Shown piece by piece: positions 22,495-41,340 of a stretch of DNA of 64,000 nt. The notes beneath the pieces were generated by a model. That model was not told where the DNA came from and did not search any database. It was given only the letters and a program-made list of their open reading frames with translations. Source of the DNA: Laetmonice hystrix (Eukaryota); contig OZ249436.1 in NCBI GenBank assembly GCA_965235115.1, positions 48,610,001 through 48,674,000 on the forward strand, given 5' to 3'. The stretch's first letter is position 1, and each line of letters begins with the position of its first letter. The position numbers were made by a program, and so were the translations under genes.

Positions 22495-25400
22495 ATGGAG
22501 CCGAACGATTTAGCGTTGTCCGATGTTCACGTGGGTCAATCTCACACCGAGATCTGCCCGACCACGGGCACGGGGACCGCAGCGGGTGGCCTGGCGGGAC
22601 AGGACCCGAGCACGGCCGGGGACGGCGGCGGCCGCCGGACGGCCTCCTGCCAACTCGGATACCGAGGTGAGCCAGCAGTATAGACCTACTTGATAGGCTA
22701 CTTCAACCAGTCTCTGCCATGTGATAATATCAGTGCCTTGTAGTTGTAGGCTAAATGACTTATCATATGACATATGAGTCTACAGGCATAATAGTAGGCT
22801 AATGCCAGTAGACTCAATGGGCCTCAATGGGCCTAAAGTCTGCTGAGCTGTGTAGACTCTATGGGACGCCATTTTTTATTCAGCATTAACAGATATTTGC
22901 AGATATTTGCAATTCTTTTGAGTATATCTTCAATTCTTTGGTAGATATCTGCAAATATTTGAAGATATCTCCAACAGATTTGAAGAGATCCTCAGAAGAA
23001 TTAAAGCTATCTGTTTTCCATTTGAGATATCTCCAATATTTTCTTTTGCAGATATCTGAAATTCTTTTACGGATGTTTAAAAAAAGAATTAAAAGCAGTA
23101 TATATTTATATTAAAGTATATTTGTATTATGTTCCCACATATCCTTAATTCCATTATAGATAGGCCTATCTTCAAATGAATTATAGATATCTTCAATTCA
23201 ATTACAGATATCTTCAAATGGAAATAAAGATATCCACAATTCATTTCAGGGTTGGCAAAAACCCGGGTTTTAAGCTTATTGCCCAGCCCAGTGGGTTTAC
23301 CCGGGTTTTACAGGGTTTTATGGGTAATACTGGGTTTTATGGCAACACGCTTCCCCAGGTCCAACTAACGTGGTAAACATTTAAAATATTCATAATATTT
23401 TTCATTCAAAAAATACATGTACCTTAATGAGAATGTACTAAATCAACACACTGGAACCCGTGAGTCTGGTGTGATTGTATCATTGTAAAGAGTAGATGAT
23501 TCCTGTCCTATACTCCAGACCTGACCGTCAGGCAACTCATGACTACACTGAATCAACACACTGGAATCAGTGAACCGGTAAAGAGAGGGGTGCACCTGTG
23601 CCTTCTAGCTTCTCTGTATAGACTGACTGCCTTGTCTAAACTCTACATGGCAGATACCCAGTCAGATTCCTTAGGTAGGCCTCTGAATATAATGTCCTGC
23701 AGCTGAGAAATTGTCAGTCAGTGTGTATCAGTACTTGACTGCATAGCTATTCAGGTCCTGACCTACAAGTAGAGACCTTGTTTGGCAATTTTTTGCCATT
23801 TTTTGAGAATTGCAAATATGATTTTGTTCTTATTGCCCAGTATTGCCCACTTAGCTGATTTTAGGGATATTGCCCAGCCCGGGTTTTCCCGGGTTTTCCC
23901 GGGCATTATTACCCGCCCGGGTATTGCCCGGCCAACCCTGATTCATTTACAGATATCTGCAATTCATTTTCAGATATCTTCAAACACAGTCTGACACATG
24001 GTGGCGGCTGTGTTGTTATACAATCATTTGAAGATATCTGTATATAATAATTAGATCGCAGGTCAACTGTCCACTCCCAGTAGGTCGGGGGGGGGGGGGG
24101 GGAAGACCACTTATGCAGTCCATGGGCGTAAATTGTAAGGGTGTTTCAGCCGAATTCAGCCGATTGTATTTACCTGTTCCAGTTGTGCTGTCAAGGTTCC
24201 CGTTCCTATATCAAGGTCATAACCTTTCACAAATGAACGCCTGCCAAGGTCAAACAGACGCTAAGTCTGTGGACGAGGATGGGGACTTGGTGCTTGAGCG
24301 CCCCACCACTTACAATGAAGTCATTACTATAGGTAAAAGACTAACACAATTAAAGCATTTCCATCGGTAAGAGATGTTCAGTATTTTACCGAAAGTCAAA
24401 TTTACATATTTACATTGTCTTTGCCATGAAGCTGAATTATTGTGTATTATAATCTGCTCCAGAGCATTCCTTGAGTACACGTCTGTCCGATGTTGGCCTC
24501 CAGGTAGGCCTACCAAATCTCTTTAATCCTCATACATGAAAGGGTTTACCTATATCTATACCTAAAAGGCTGGCCCTATACAGAATATAGATCTATAGAT
24601 CTCTCCGACCAACCAAACCAAGTGACTTTTCTTACTGTATTTGCTCCATGATTTGAAATGAATAAGCTCTCCTGTATTAGTACTAATAGTAAATTATATT
24701 TTAATATTATATATATTTATCATTTTCGGGTGACATTTTCAGGTTTGGCAAGGCTGTCTTTTACTTTGCGACTTTATCATGCACAAAGCCGATCTTTTTG
24801 ATGGCATTTATGCCCTGGAACTCGGAGGTGGGGTTGGTTTGGCCAGTATTGTTATGGCAATTGCTGCCAAGAGAGTCATCTGTACAGGTGAGAGGGCTCG
24901 ATATTTGGAGGTCAGTTACCATATTCTACCTCAATACGCGTGCACATGCCCCAATAAGCGCCCCCTGTTGGAGAATCAGGGAATTATGCCTTCTACGGGG
25001 CAGCTACAAGAAAAGAACGATTGGGCTAACCTATAATGGCTATATAAAAGAGAGTGCTCTGTATAGATGCTGTCTAAATATATCAAACAGGACTATGAGA
25101 AAAACGCAAGATATTATTGGGTGTAGGCCCTCTGCAAGCGTAGGCAGACCCTACGGTAAATTTATTGGGTCGCCTTTTCTAATTTTTTTTTTTGGGGGGG
25201 GGGGGGGGGTATATATGTTCGTTTTTAGTGTTTAATATAGGATTAGAACATACTATATGGTTAGCTCCTCTATGATTGAAGACGTTGGAGATTCCATTTT
25301 GGAACTGTGCACAAAGAATATTGAGAGAAACCAGCAGTTGTACAAGCATGGCCGCACCTCAGACTCTCAGGCAGGTGTTGTCGTCTGCAGGACGCTCGAC

Positions 25401-27373
25401 TGGTTGGAGGACACCATCCCCACAGGTAGGCCATCTGGTGGGAAATAGAGGCACTAACGTTGTGGCTTGGATATAAATGTAGTTCTGACTGTGCCGTAGA
25501 AAGTCTGGGGCCCTCCAATATAGTTCTGTCGGTGATATTGGCGGATATATGGTGGTGGTGATTGTTGAAGGGAGGGCCCAGGGGGCGATTTCCAAAATAG
25601 CTTACTCCTCCGTCCTGTTGTAACATGGCGTAATGCCCTTTTTTCGACAATTTGAACCTGATCTCCTGATATGTTTGCTGATATAGGTCGGGGCGCCCCC
25701 TATGAGTGGAGTGCGGTGGATTTGACCTTGCTGGACAAGGTCACTGTTCTGCTAGCCGCAGACGGTGAGTGCTCAAACGCTGATATGTACTTTGTAGAGC
25801 TCTATCCATGTAGGCTGAGGGCCCAAACACACTAGGCGTGCGCGTGCACGCACACGTACCGCCACGCACGCGCGTGCACGCGCACGCCAATAATTCCCAA
25901 TGCAATTCCGATATGACCAAACACACTAGGCGTGCGCGTCACCTAGCGTCGCGTCGCCTAGCGTCGCGTCGCCTAGCGTCGCGTCCAAACAATCCCCAAG
26001 CAATTGTTTGCACGCCACGCAACGCTTCGCCGCCATTCCTTGTCCAATCAGATTGCAGCATTTTGACCTACATTTTTTAGTAGGCCTAATTGACCTCTAT
26101 CAGCGTGTCTGTGTCATCTTTTCAACATGTCATAGTTAGAAGAGTTAGTAGGCCTAAATGGAACCATCTCTACTATTCTTTTCGATACTATTCTATTCTA
26201 TTCACGTCACTCAGGTTGCGATGGAAACCTGCGAAAAGCGTGCGGTAACACGCTTTGCTACAGTACAGTGTGTTTGGTCCCACGCGCGTGCACGCGCGTG
26301 CATACACGCGCGTGCACGCGACGCTCGGCGACGCGCACGCCCAGTGTGTTTGGGCCCTAAGGGTATGTTATGGCGATATGGTCCAAACGTACCAACGTTC
26401 TTCTCTGCCTCCTCCTTTTTCATCTGCTCCTTCTACTTCCTCACCAGGGCTAATTATAATTGGCGACCTTCAACCTTGTGGGCAGTTGGCCTATAACAGG
26501 CATAGGCCTAGATTTGATTGAGGATTTTTTTCTCTCCAGTTGTATACGATGAGAAGTTGACAGTTGGATTCTTCAAGACCATTCAGAGACTGATGTCAAA
26601 ACTTCCGGCAAAAACATTGTACTTAGCAATTGAAAAAAGGTGAGCTTCATTATCAGGAAACTAGGACCTACGCTATGATAAAATGGTAATGATAAAATGG
26701 CTATGGTAAAACATTAGGGCCGACAATAAATAGCCTCCCGGTAAGCAGAATCTGGGAGAACATGGCTTGATAATTTAACATGACCCAGTGTAAGCTAGCC
26801 TCGTCGGCCTACGTGTATTGATACGTGTCGCTGATGACTCAAGGTTAAATTTCACGCTGGATGACCTGGACGTGGCGTGTCCGGCATACGACCATTTCCT
26901 CGAATGTGTGCAGGAGCTCTGCCACGATCGCCACCTGGCGGCAGGCGGCGGAAGCGACGGCGTCCGATTCACAGCCAGACAGTTGGACGTGGATTTCCAA
27001 CAGCGGTTCAAATACAACCGAACTAAACATTTAGTGAGTAAAAACTGAAAGAATATACAATTGGCGTAACATTAAAATATTAATCAAAGGTGGGGCCTAA
27101 TGCTGATAGAGCAAGATGATGCATCTGTATGGCTATGTTAATGACCGATAATATTTGTCTCAGGATATCAGGAAATACCAGAGGCAGAGGACAGTCCAGA
27201 AATTAGGTCTGTTTACCCCCCCCCCCCCTCCAGTTTCTCCACCAGTCCTCAAGTTCGGGTCATTGTCCCACTGACCGTTGTACATGCGCATACTGTTTCA
27301 GACACTTTGGGAGATCGCAGCCAGATTTCATGACACAAACAGGTCCGAAGCACGGACGGTCCACACCCATTGA
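22495..27373 (+). CDS. METTL22: Methyltransferase-like protein 22 (seven-beta-strand lysine methyltransferase), 9 exons, 363 aa
   Basis: Exons 22495-22666, 24183-24332, 24463-24503, 24743-24887, 25282-25425, 25687-25764, 26540-26639, 26844-27033, 27302-27373 (1092 nt, phase-consistent). Motifs LSDVH, DEDGDL, IEHSLSTRLSDVGLQVWQG, motif I LELGGGVG, ICTD, LDW, LAADVVYD, AIEKRLNFTL. Confidence 0.93.
22870..24045. repeat. Degenerate AGATATCT-rich repeat in METTL22 intron 1, split by a hAT MITE
   Basis: Recurrent agatatct / gcaattc / gaatt motifs on both sides of the 23247-23940 insertion. Confidence 0.6.
23247..23940. mobile_element. hAT-type MITE with perfect 8-bp TSD
   Basis: attcattt|cagggttggc...gccaaccctg|attcattt, with subterminal cccggg repeats. 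Confidence 0.9.
25819..26357. mobile_element. PIF/Harbinger-type MITE in METTL22 intron 6
   Basis: TIR gggcccaaacacact(a)ggcgtgcgcgt / acgcgcacgcccagtgtgtttgggccc; flanks tga and taa; internal cgcgtgcacg repeats. Confidence 0.8.
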
Positions 27374-27760
27374 CAAATCACGACGGTGGTGCCACCTGTC
27401 GGACGATTTAGGGAAATATCATTGGAATAAATCACGGAAGGACTTTGCAGTTCCGCTATTTTTTTAGGATAATGTATTTTCTTCTTGAGGTGGTCATCCC
27501 GTCACCCCATATTAATATTAGTTTTCGTGTTACACACATGATGTAGAAACAAGCTTATGATAAAAGCAGTTAATAAATGCTCTTGTTCAGTTTCAACTTC
27601 GCCTATTCTTTTGAACTAAATTTGTTTTTCTCTGATGTCTCGGGTCCATTTCGTTTTAGACGACGCCGGCATCACTATTTAAAAACAAAATTGGCACTTG
27701 ACTTTTGATTAGTTAAAATTACCCTGAGAATTGTTTTCCCAAGAGAAACCTCTATTTCCC

Positions 27761-28646
27761 AATGACCGTTACAACCTATCTCAGGGCCCCCGTTGCAAGC
27801 GCTTCTCATCACATTTCATTACAACTTATCTCAGGGCCCCCATTACAGCGCTTCTCATCACATTTCGTTACATCCTATCTCAGGGCCCCCATTACAGCAC
27901 TTCTGGTCATATGACCGTTACAGCCTATCTCAGGGCCCCCATTACCAGCGCTTCCCATCGCATGACCGTTACAACCTATCTCAGGGCCCCCATTACCAGC
28001 GCTTCTCATCACATTTCGTTACAACCTATCTCGGGGCCCCCATTACCAGCGCTTCTCATCACATTTCGTTACATCCTATCTCAGGGCCCCCATTACAGCA
28101 CTTCTGGTCATATGACCGTTACAGCCTATCTCAGGGCCCCCATTACCAGCGCTTCCCATCGCATGACCGTTACAACCTATCTCAGGGCCCCCATTACCAG
28201 CGCTTCTCATCACATTTCGTTACAGCCTATCTCAGGGCCCCCATTACAGCACTTCTGGTCATATGACCGTTACAACTTATCTCAGGGCCCCCATTACCAG
28301 TGCTTCTCATCATATTTCGTTACAGCCTATCTCAGGGCCCCCATTACCAGCGCTTCTCATCACATTTCGTTACAGCCTATCTCAGGGCCCCCATTACCAG
28401 CGCTTCTCATCATGACTGTTACAACCTATCTCAAGGCCCCCATTACCAGTGCTTCTCATCACATATTTCGTTACAGCCTATCTCAGGGCCCCCATTACAG
28501 CACTTCTGGTCATATGACCGTTACAACCGATTTCATGGCCCCCATTACAGCGCTTCTCATCACATAATATTTCGTTACAGCCCATCTCAGGGCCCCCATT
28601 ACCTGGGCTTCTCATCACATAACATTTTGTACGGTTACAGCCTATC
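27761..28646. repeat. Minisatellite of about 50 bp (about 17 copies) with a 201-bp higher-order unit
   Basis: Core gttacaacctatctcagggcccccatta(c)cagc. The diagnostic variant gttacatcctatc recurs at 27867 and 28068. Confidence 0.95.
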
Positions 28647-30465
28647 TCCCCCCCCCCTCCCGGAATCCCACGCATGAACTAACTAACTGATCCCCCCTTC
28701 TCTCAGCATGAGTCATAAACAGTTATATTTATATTCATTTTTTTATTGATATAATTATCAAAGTGGTCCAAATGAACTCTAAAAGACCATGGGCCCTTGT
28801 TGTAGGTCGTTGGTACAAACACCGGCCAGGACACTCACCAAATCCTTGTACTCAGCGTCTGGGGCATGGAGGCAGGAGCCTCCGTGAGATCCATGAGCTT
28901 CCATATACCGTCAACTAGTCAGCAAGCATAACATACACAATACTGGTCAGACATATATACAAATATTTTATACATCACACACCAAGCGAGGACACATAAT
29001 TCCCGCTGTTCCCATACAAACCTCCAAAATGTCACATGTTTTCAGATGTTTTCTTGCGTATAAAGATTTTAAAATCCTTTCTGATGGCAAATCTTGTTAT
29101 TACTACCAACTGTCCTTGATGACTGATAAAGTTGGGGTTTTACACATGCTCTTTCAATTATTACTTTCATACTAATAAAAAGTATCCTACCCATTACTCT
29201 TAAACTAAGACCTTTTTTTTTGGGGGGGGGGGGGGGGGGGGAGAGAGTCATAATTTCTCAAGTACTTTTATTTCCATAAAAATAGGAAGTATTCAAAAAT
29301 ACAATTCGTTGAGGCGTGCGTTCTCGGTTTCGGGGGGGGGGGGGATTTATGTATCTAGACCTTGGAACACAGGTGAACACACGGGAACTGATCCTCCCTG
29401 CAGTATCTGTGTGTGGCACACAGAAAAAAATTGGCTAACTCACAAATAACTTAGAAAGCTCAAGATCTAAGAGTACACTCACGAGATGCAAGTATCCTTA
29501 TCAAAACTGAGGAATTTCTGCATCAAAATGATCAATTAGTCCATCTGCAGTTACTCGACTTCTAAACTCGCTCCAAATCTGACACTTGTGGCGACAACGG
29601 GACATGGGATGAAGTCCCTGACATTGGTCTCCAAGTTTGTGGCGATGATTAATGGCCCACTTACACTTCAGTTACACATGTGTACCGCTACAGTTTACAT
29701 CAGTTCATTTACTCAGAGGTCATTTAGTTTGTCACCGTCCAAAGAACTACTTCTGCTGGGCGTATTTCCCCTCAAACTCAAAGCACCAACTAAACATGTT
29801 GAATGTATGGCATAGAAGCAAGATACAATTTTGTGAAAAGACCAACTGCCTTAAAACACATTTTAATCTAATCCTCGTTAATACATTTCAGTCAGTTTTT
29901 TTACCAGGTGCTAATGAAGAAGATTAGAGTTTGTGAACCAAACGATAATATTTTAAGGCTGTACCTTAGGGGTTGGGGGGTCGGGGTGGGGGGTCTCGAA
30001 ACAACTTGCCCATCTACAACTTATTCTCTGTCATCCAATGAGACCTGGGATCTGATATGGTTTTAATAGTCTTTAAATCTGTGTCCCTGCCGCGGTTTTT
30101 TCCCCTGTTTGTTTTAGAAAAGCTAACAAACATACCATGGCTGCCTTTGCTGAAAATTTACGCTGACTATTGTCGACTTTGGGGACTAGGGTTGATTACA
30201 CATGTCAGTGTGCACTGCATATGGAATGACAAATAAAGGTGGTTGCCACAGTAACTAAACCTATGCCACAGACATAGGATGAGACCTAATGCCTCAGCTT
30301 TAAAAACGTTCATCTATTAAATAGTGTAGTTTCGTGCATTCTGGTGATTTGCCAATCTGTATGGGGGATAATACCATTATCACCCCATTATTCAATAAAC
30401 TTTACAAAAATGAGCACACAATGTCAAAGAAAAATAAATACAGGTTTTTAAACATTCTCTATTCC

Positions 30466-30735
30466 TTTCTCATGATAAAACCAAGAGTACAATTGGCTGA
30501 GAATTCAATCTGACCCATTTTCTCATGATAAAACCAAGAGTACAATTGGTTGAGAATTCAATCTGACCCATTTTCTCATGATAAAACCAAGAGTACAATT
30601 GGTTGAGAATTCAATCTGACCCATTTTCTCATGATAAAACCAAGAGTACAATTGGCTGAGAATTCAATCTGACCCATTTTCTCATGAAAAAAACCAAGAG
30701 TACAATTGGCTGAGAATTCAATCTGACCCATTTTC
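30466..30735. repeat. 53-bp tandem repeat, 5 copies, downstream of the SUZ12 stop
   Basis: Unit ttctcatgataaaaccaagagtacaattgg(c/t)tgagaattcaatctgacccatt. Confidence 0.95.
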
Positions 30736-31766
30736 CAACTGCAACCAATTGAAAGTCTGCTCACATTTAAAAAGAAAATTAACCAAAAAAAAGGCACTTT
30801 CTCCATTTTACAAAACTGTTTGATCTCCGAGGTTGGGGAGAATGTGATAGAAGATGTTGGAAGGACAGTCGACAGACTTTAAGAAAGGGAATCGTTTTCT
30901 CCACTCCAGGTGGTCAGAACACAATATTACAGCCAGGTTCCGGGAATTGTTAATCCTTCTTCCCCAGTCCCCTCAAAGGTTTAAAATGTTCTCCTAGGAT
31001 TTGGCCACTTATAATAAAAAGAGTTTTAAATACCTCCACACTAGTGATTGAACTTGTGTTGTAACCTGTTTATTGAAATAACCAGACCCTGATTACAGGT
31101 CTAGGCAAGTCTGGTGTCTCCAATGTAGATTCAAGCATCTACAGTAGCTAGCTACCTTCGGTATTTCTGTGCGGTTTTGATTTGTGAGCTGCTGCGTCAA
31201 TTCCGCATTTACGTTGTTTCTTTTTTTCTTCTTATTCTCAACCTATCAACCTCCTATCTTACAAAGAATATGACTTCATAAATATCATATTCCATAATGA
31301 GATACAACATGAAAAATGATCTGGACCAACTTCGCATGCTTCACGAAAGTCGCTCCAAAGGAAAATATTCCATGACTTAATATCTAATATGATGTACAGT
31401 TTCTGATGACTAATGCATTAATTGCAGTATTCATGACTCTGTGCACTGCAGGAGGCACGCCCTGCAGGCCACACAGCCGGCAATGCTCCTTCAACCTCCC
31501 GGGTACCTGATTAGGCAGCACCTTTTACTGATGGAAACAATGATGATGATTGTTGACACATTTAATGAAAGTGAAAATGATACGGCAGGCGTTAGGTGGT
31601 ATTTGTGTGGATCTAACGTCTTCTCTGGAATGAACATGAATGGTAAGCCTTCTCTCTGTCCAGCCAGTATCCATAACCAACTTCATCTCTGCTTCTCACC
31701 ACCGTGAAACGATGTGGGTGAAACGACATGTGCATCTCGACACTGTGCGGCTGGTGGTGCCGGTTA

Positions 31767-38606
<6,840 letters not shown>

Positions 38607-38639
38607 AATTGTCGAATTTCACTTATAACTATCGAGTTT

Positions 38640-39200
38640 TTGATTCCGCGGGAAACGTTCATATACAAAGCACATTGGCCCATTCTTTAGCATTGTGGGA
38701 TTGTAACCCGGAAGTAAAAGATTAGGTCAGGTCAACAGCCATTCACTTTCGGAAATATTAGATAGATGGCGCTCCGAACGACTTTCGTCTCGCCCTCTAG
38801 CGATTGAGGCAAAAAGTACGGCTCGGGCGATGGGACTTTTTGCTGGTGTAATGTGGGGCCCTGGCCTCCTTTATCTTTTCTATGTAACGTTACGCGTTAC
38901 TACTACTTCTTTTTGAAGAGGATAAAGCTGCCTTTTCTTCTCTTCTCAATCTCAGACCGAACATGCGTCTTTTCGTTTTAACGGTGTTATCCGCCGTTTA
39001 TCCTTCCGGTAGCATATTTCTCTATTTTAGAACGGGTAGCCTATTTCCGGGTGTTTTGGAGTGTTTACGCGACGGCAGTCGATGATGAGTAATGAGATTT
39101 TTGTTGCCAGTTAATTGACGAAAGAACTTCCTAGTAAAGACACCCGGCTTGGTAAGACCTCTCTGTTATCTTTAAGATGGCGTCGATAGACCGGTTTAGG
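38640..39200. promoter_or_regulatory. SUZ12 promoter-like block, possibly bidirectional
   Basis: CpG-rich; ETS ccggaagt near 38708; YY1-like agatggcg near 38764 and 39175; plus-strand donor CTTG|GTAAGA after 39151. Confidence 0.55.
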
Positions 39201-39388
39201 GGGTAGAGGGACAGTTCGACCAGAAAGTCGCACCCACAACCACGTCCTCTTCACAATTAGATTTAGAGTCTACGCCTTCACGAAGAAGCCACACTCCTGT
39301 CGCCTGGCGGGGCACCGTGACCGGGCACCGGCCGCTAAGTTACGGTTGGTAATCCCCCTCAACCATGGTAATATGATGTAGGTGCTAC

Positions 39389-40000
39389 CTAGAGGGCGAG
39401 CGCAGCGACAGGAGGCCTACAACTATAACAATATACAGGACTGGGGCCCGTCTTACTAAACATCGTTATTAACGATATAGTTAACTGCTGGTAAAGTAGG
39501 CCGTCGTCAAGGCGACAACCAGACAACGTTACAACGTTAGCGGTACCCCCTCCCCAGTCGTTAAGTTAACTAGACCGTTCCCTATACGTTACGCTACTAA
39601 CTAGACCTTAGTAAGACGGGTTTTAACCAGCTCTAGTTAATAACGATTTCTGGTTATTAACTAGCTATAAGTTAACTAGATCGGGCTTAACGATGTTTAG
39701 TAAGACGGGCCCCTGGGTCACTTAGCAGCACGGACGTCGGGATATTGTGGCGTCACAGTGAACAAACACTCACGCGACCGTTTGTTCACTGTGACGTCAC
39801 AAATCGCACACGCTCTGCAAGGGTCACATGACCCTCCATGGATTTCTCCATGGATTTGCTCCATGGTTTTTCCGGTTCCGGTTTTACGTGACGAAATTTT
39901 TTTGTGAGACGGTATGTGTCACCTTGGCTACCGTTTCACACGTGTTGTCATAGAGCTCGCTTCGCGAGCCGCTGCGCGGCTCGCTTGCGCTCGCTATAAT
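39389..40000 (-). mobile_element. Non-autonomous element with subterminal inverted repeats and a terminal hairpin (class uncertain, Helentron/HINE-like)
   Basis: gcgagcgcagcga near 39396 is inverted to tcgcttgcgctcgc near 39981; perfect hairpin gcgagccgc-tgc-gcggctcgc; ends in tataat. Confidence 0.4.
39444..39712. mobile_element. PIF/Harbinger-type MITE, TSD CTG, related to 4989-5143
   Basis: CTG|gggcccgtcttactaaacatcgtta...taacgatgtttagtaagacgggccc|CTG. Confidence 0.88.
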
Positions 40001-40399
40001 CACCACTTAATCAGAACAATCGATTATCAGGCTCTGGAATAGAAATTAGCCTAGGCAATGGCTACCTTCTTAGACCTACCTAGGCTTAGCCTAGGCTATG
40101 CTAAATAAGATCTTATTCTTAATCTTAGTTGAATAATTACCGATTCCAAACATTTATTGGCAGGGTTAGCCTCCGTTAGGGGTCAGGCCTGGGGGTAGAC
40201 GGAGTATCGTCCCCAGTGTAGGGACGGACAGCGTTAACGCGAAAAACCCTACCTCCGATGTCAATCACTCGCTGTGCAAAATCCATCGTAACTACTGCCA
40301 GTTGAGGTGTCAATTCTAACGCAGCCCATCTTCTGTTCCTCTGCTGCACACTTTTCCGAGGATTTTTGCCCAAAGTTTTAATAAATCAGACTTCCGAAA

Positions 40400-40686
40400 T
40401 TCCGAATCGCGCTGGTTCACTGCTGTTAGCCGCCATACTGTTTGTTCTACTGCGCATGTTCAAAACATGCACACTGGCGACCAGCAGGGGAGCATTCATT
40501 ATTCTAGACCAAACAGCAGTTCCTCCATTATGGCGCCAAACTAATAGCCAACGTCTGAAATGACTGCTCCCTTCGTGAGCTTGACCCCGGATGTGGGTTT
40601 ACAGAAATGGCGCTGGTTGTAAGACTATGGAAAGTGGTCGCTTGGTTTGGAAAATTGGCCGAATCTGTTGCTTAGAGGAACACCAA
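40400..40686 (+). promoter_or_regulatory. DGKE promoter-like block and probable non-coding first exon
   Basis: YY1-like atggcg motifs on both strands, tgcgcatg (NRF1-like), CTCF-like ccagcaggggagca at 40481, strong donor CAA|GTAAGT after 40686, and acceptor ctccctccag directly before ATG 41341. Confidence 0.55.
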
Positions 40687-41340
40687 GTAAGTTCATTGGG
40701 CTCAGTAGCTGAAGGTAAAGGCAATCTTTTATTTGAAGTGATGGAAGAGGTGATGGCGCACATTCATTTTGCAGGTTGAACGTTTGGTCTCGTAGCCCGT
40801 TCGCTAGAGGATAGGCCGTGTATACACACGGCCTATGTTAGAGGCTAGCCTAGGGGTAGTTTAATTTTTTTTCTAAAATTTGGTGTAAATTAGCTGTTGA
40901 TTGGATTGTCGGCTATCTAGCCATACGATAGAGCAGTATGCAATAGGATGCAAAGTGCTAAAGCAAAATAATAAATACGCTATACATTGCCTAGCCTAGC
41001 CTAAAAAAAAGTCTAGCCAGCCAGGCAAAACGTTTCGAAATCTGGGATAAGAACTGGAAGCCTGGGGTGCTTTTCAATAAGCCCGAAAGACGTCTTTGAA
41101 ATGGTCGCTGAGCCAAAGAGGTCTTTGCGGCGACGGGTGATTCACTAACCACAGGTCTTTAACATTGGCCCTGCAAAGACGTCTTTCCAAAGACGTCTTT
41201 GCAGCCTGGGCTAGGGGGTTTGGAAGACGACAACTACTTGCATAAACTACAGAAGTAAGAAACAAGTTTAAACTATTGCATAATTTATATGAATTCCATG
41301 ATCATCTGCTAAATTTGTATTTGGATTGCTCTCCCTCCAG

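Noticed and set aside
28839..28914. Minus-strand exon-like segment (tag|...|gtgagt) downstream of SUZ12
   Set aside because: No recognisable peptide and no partner exons.
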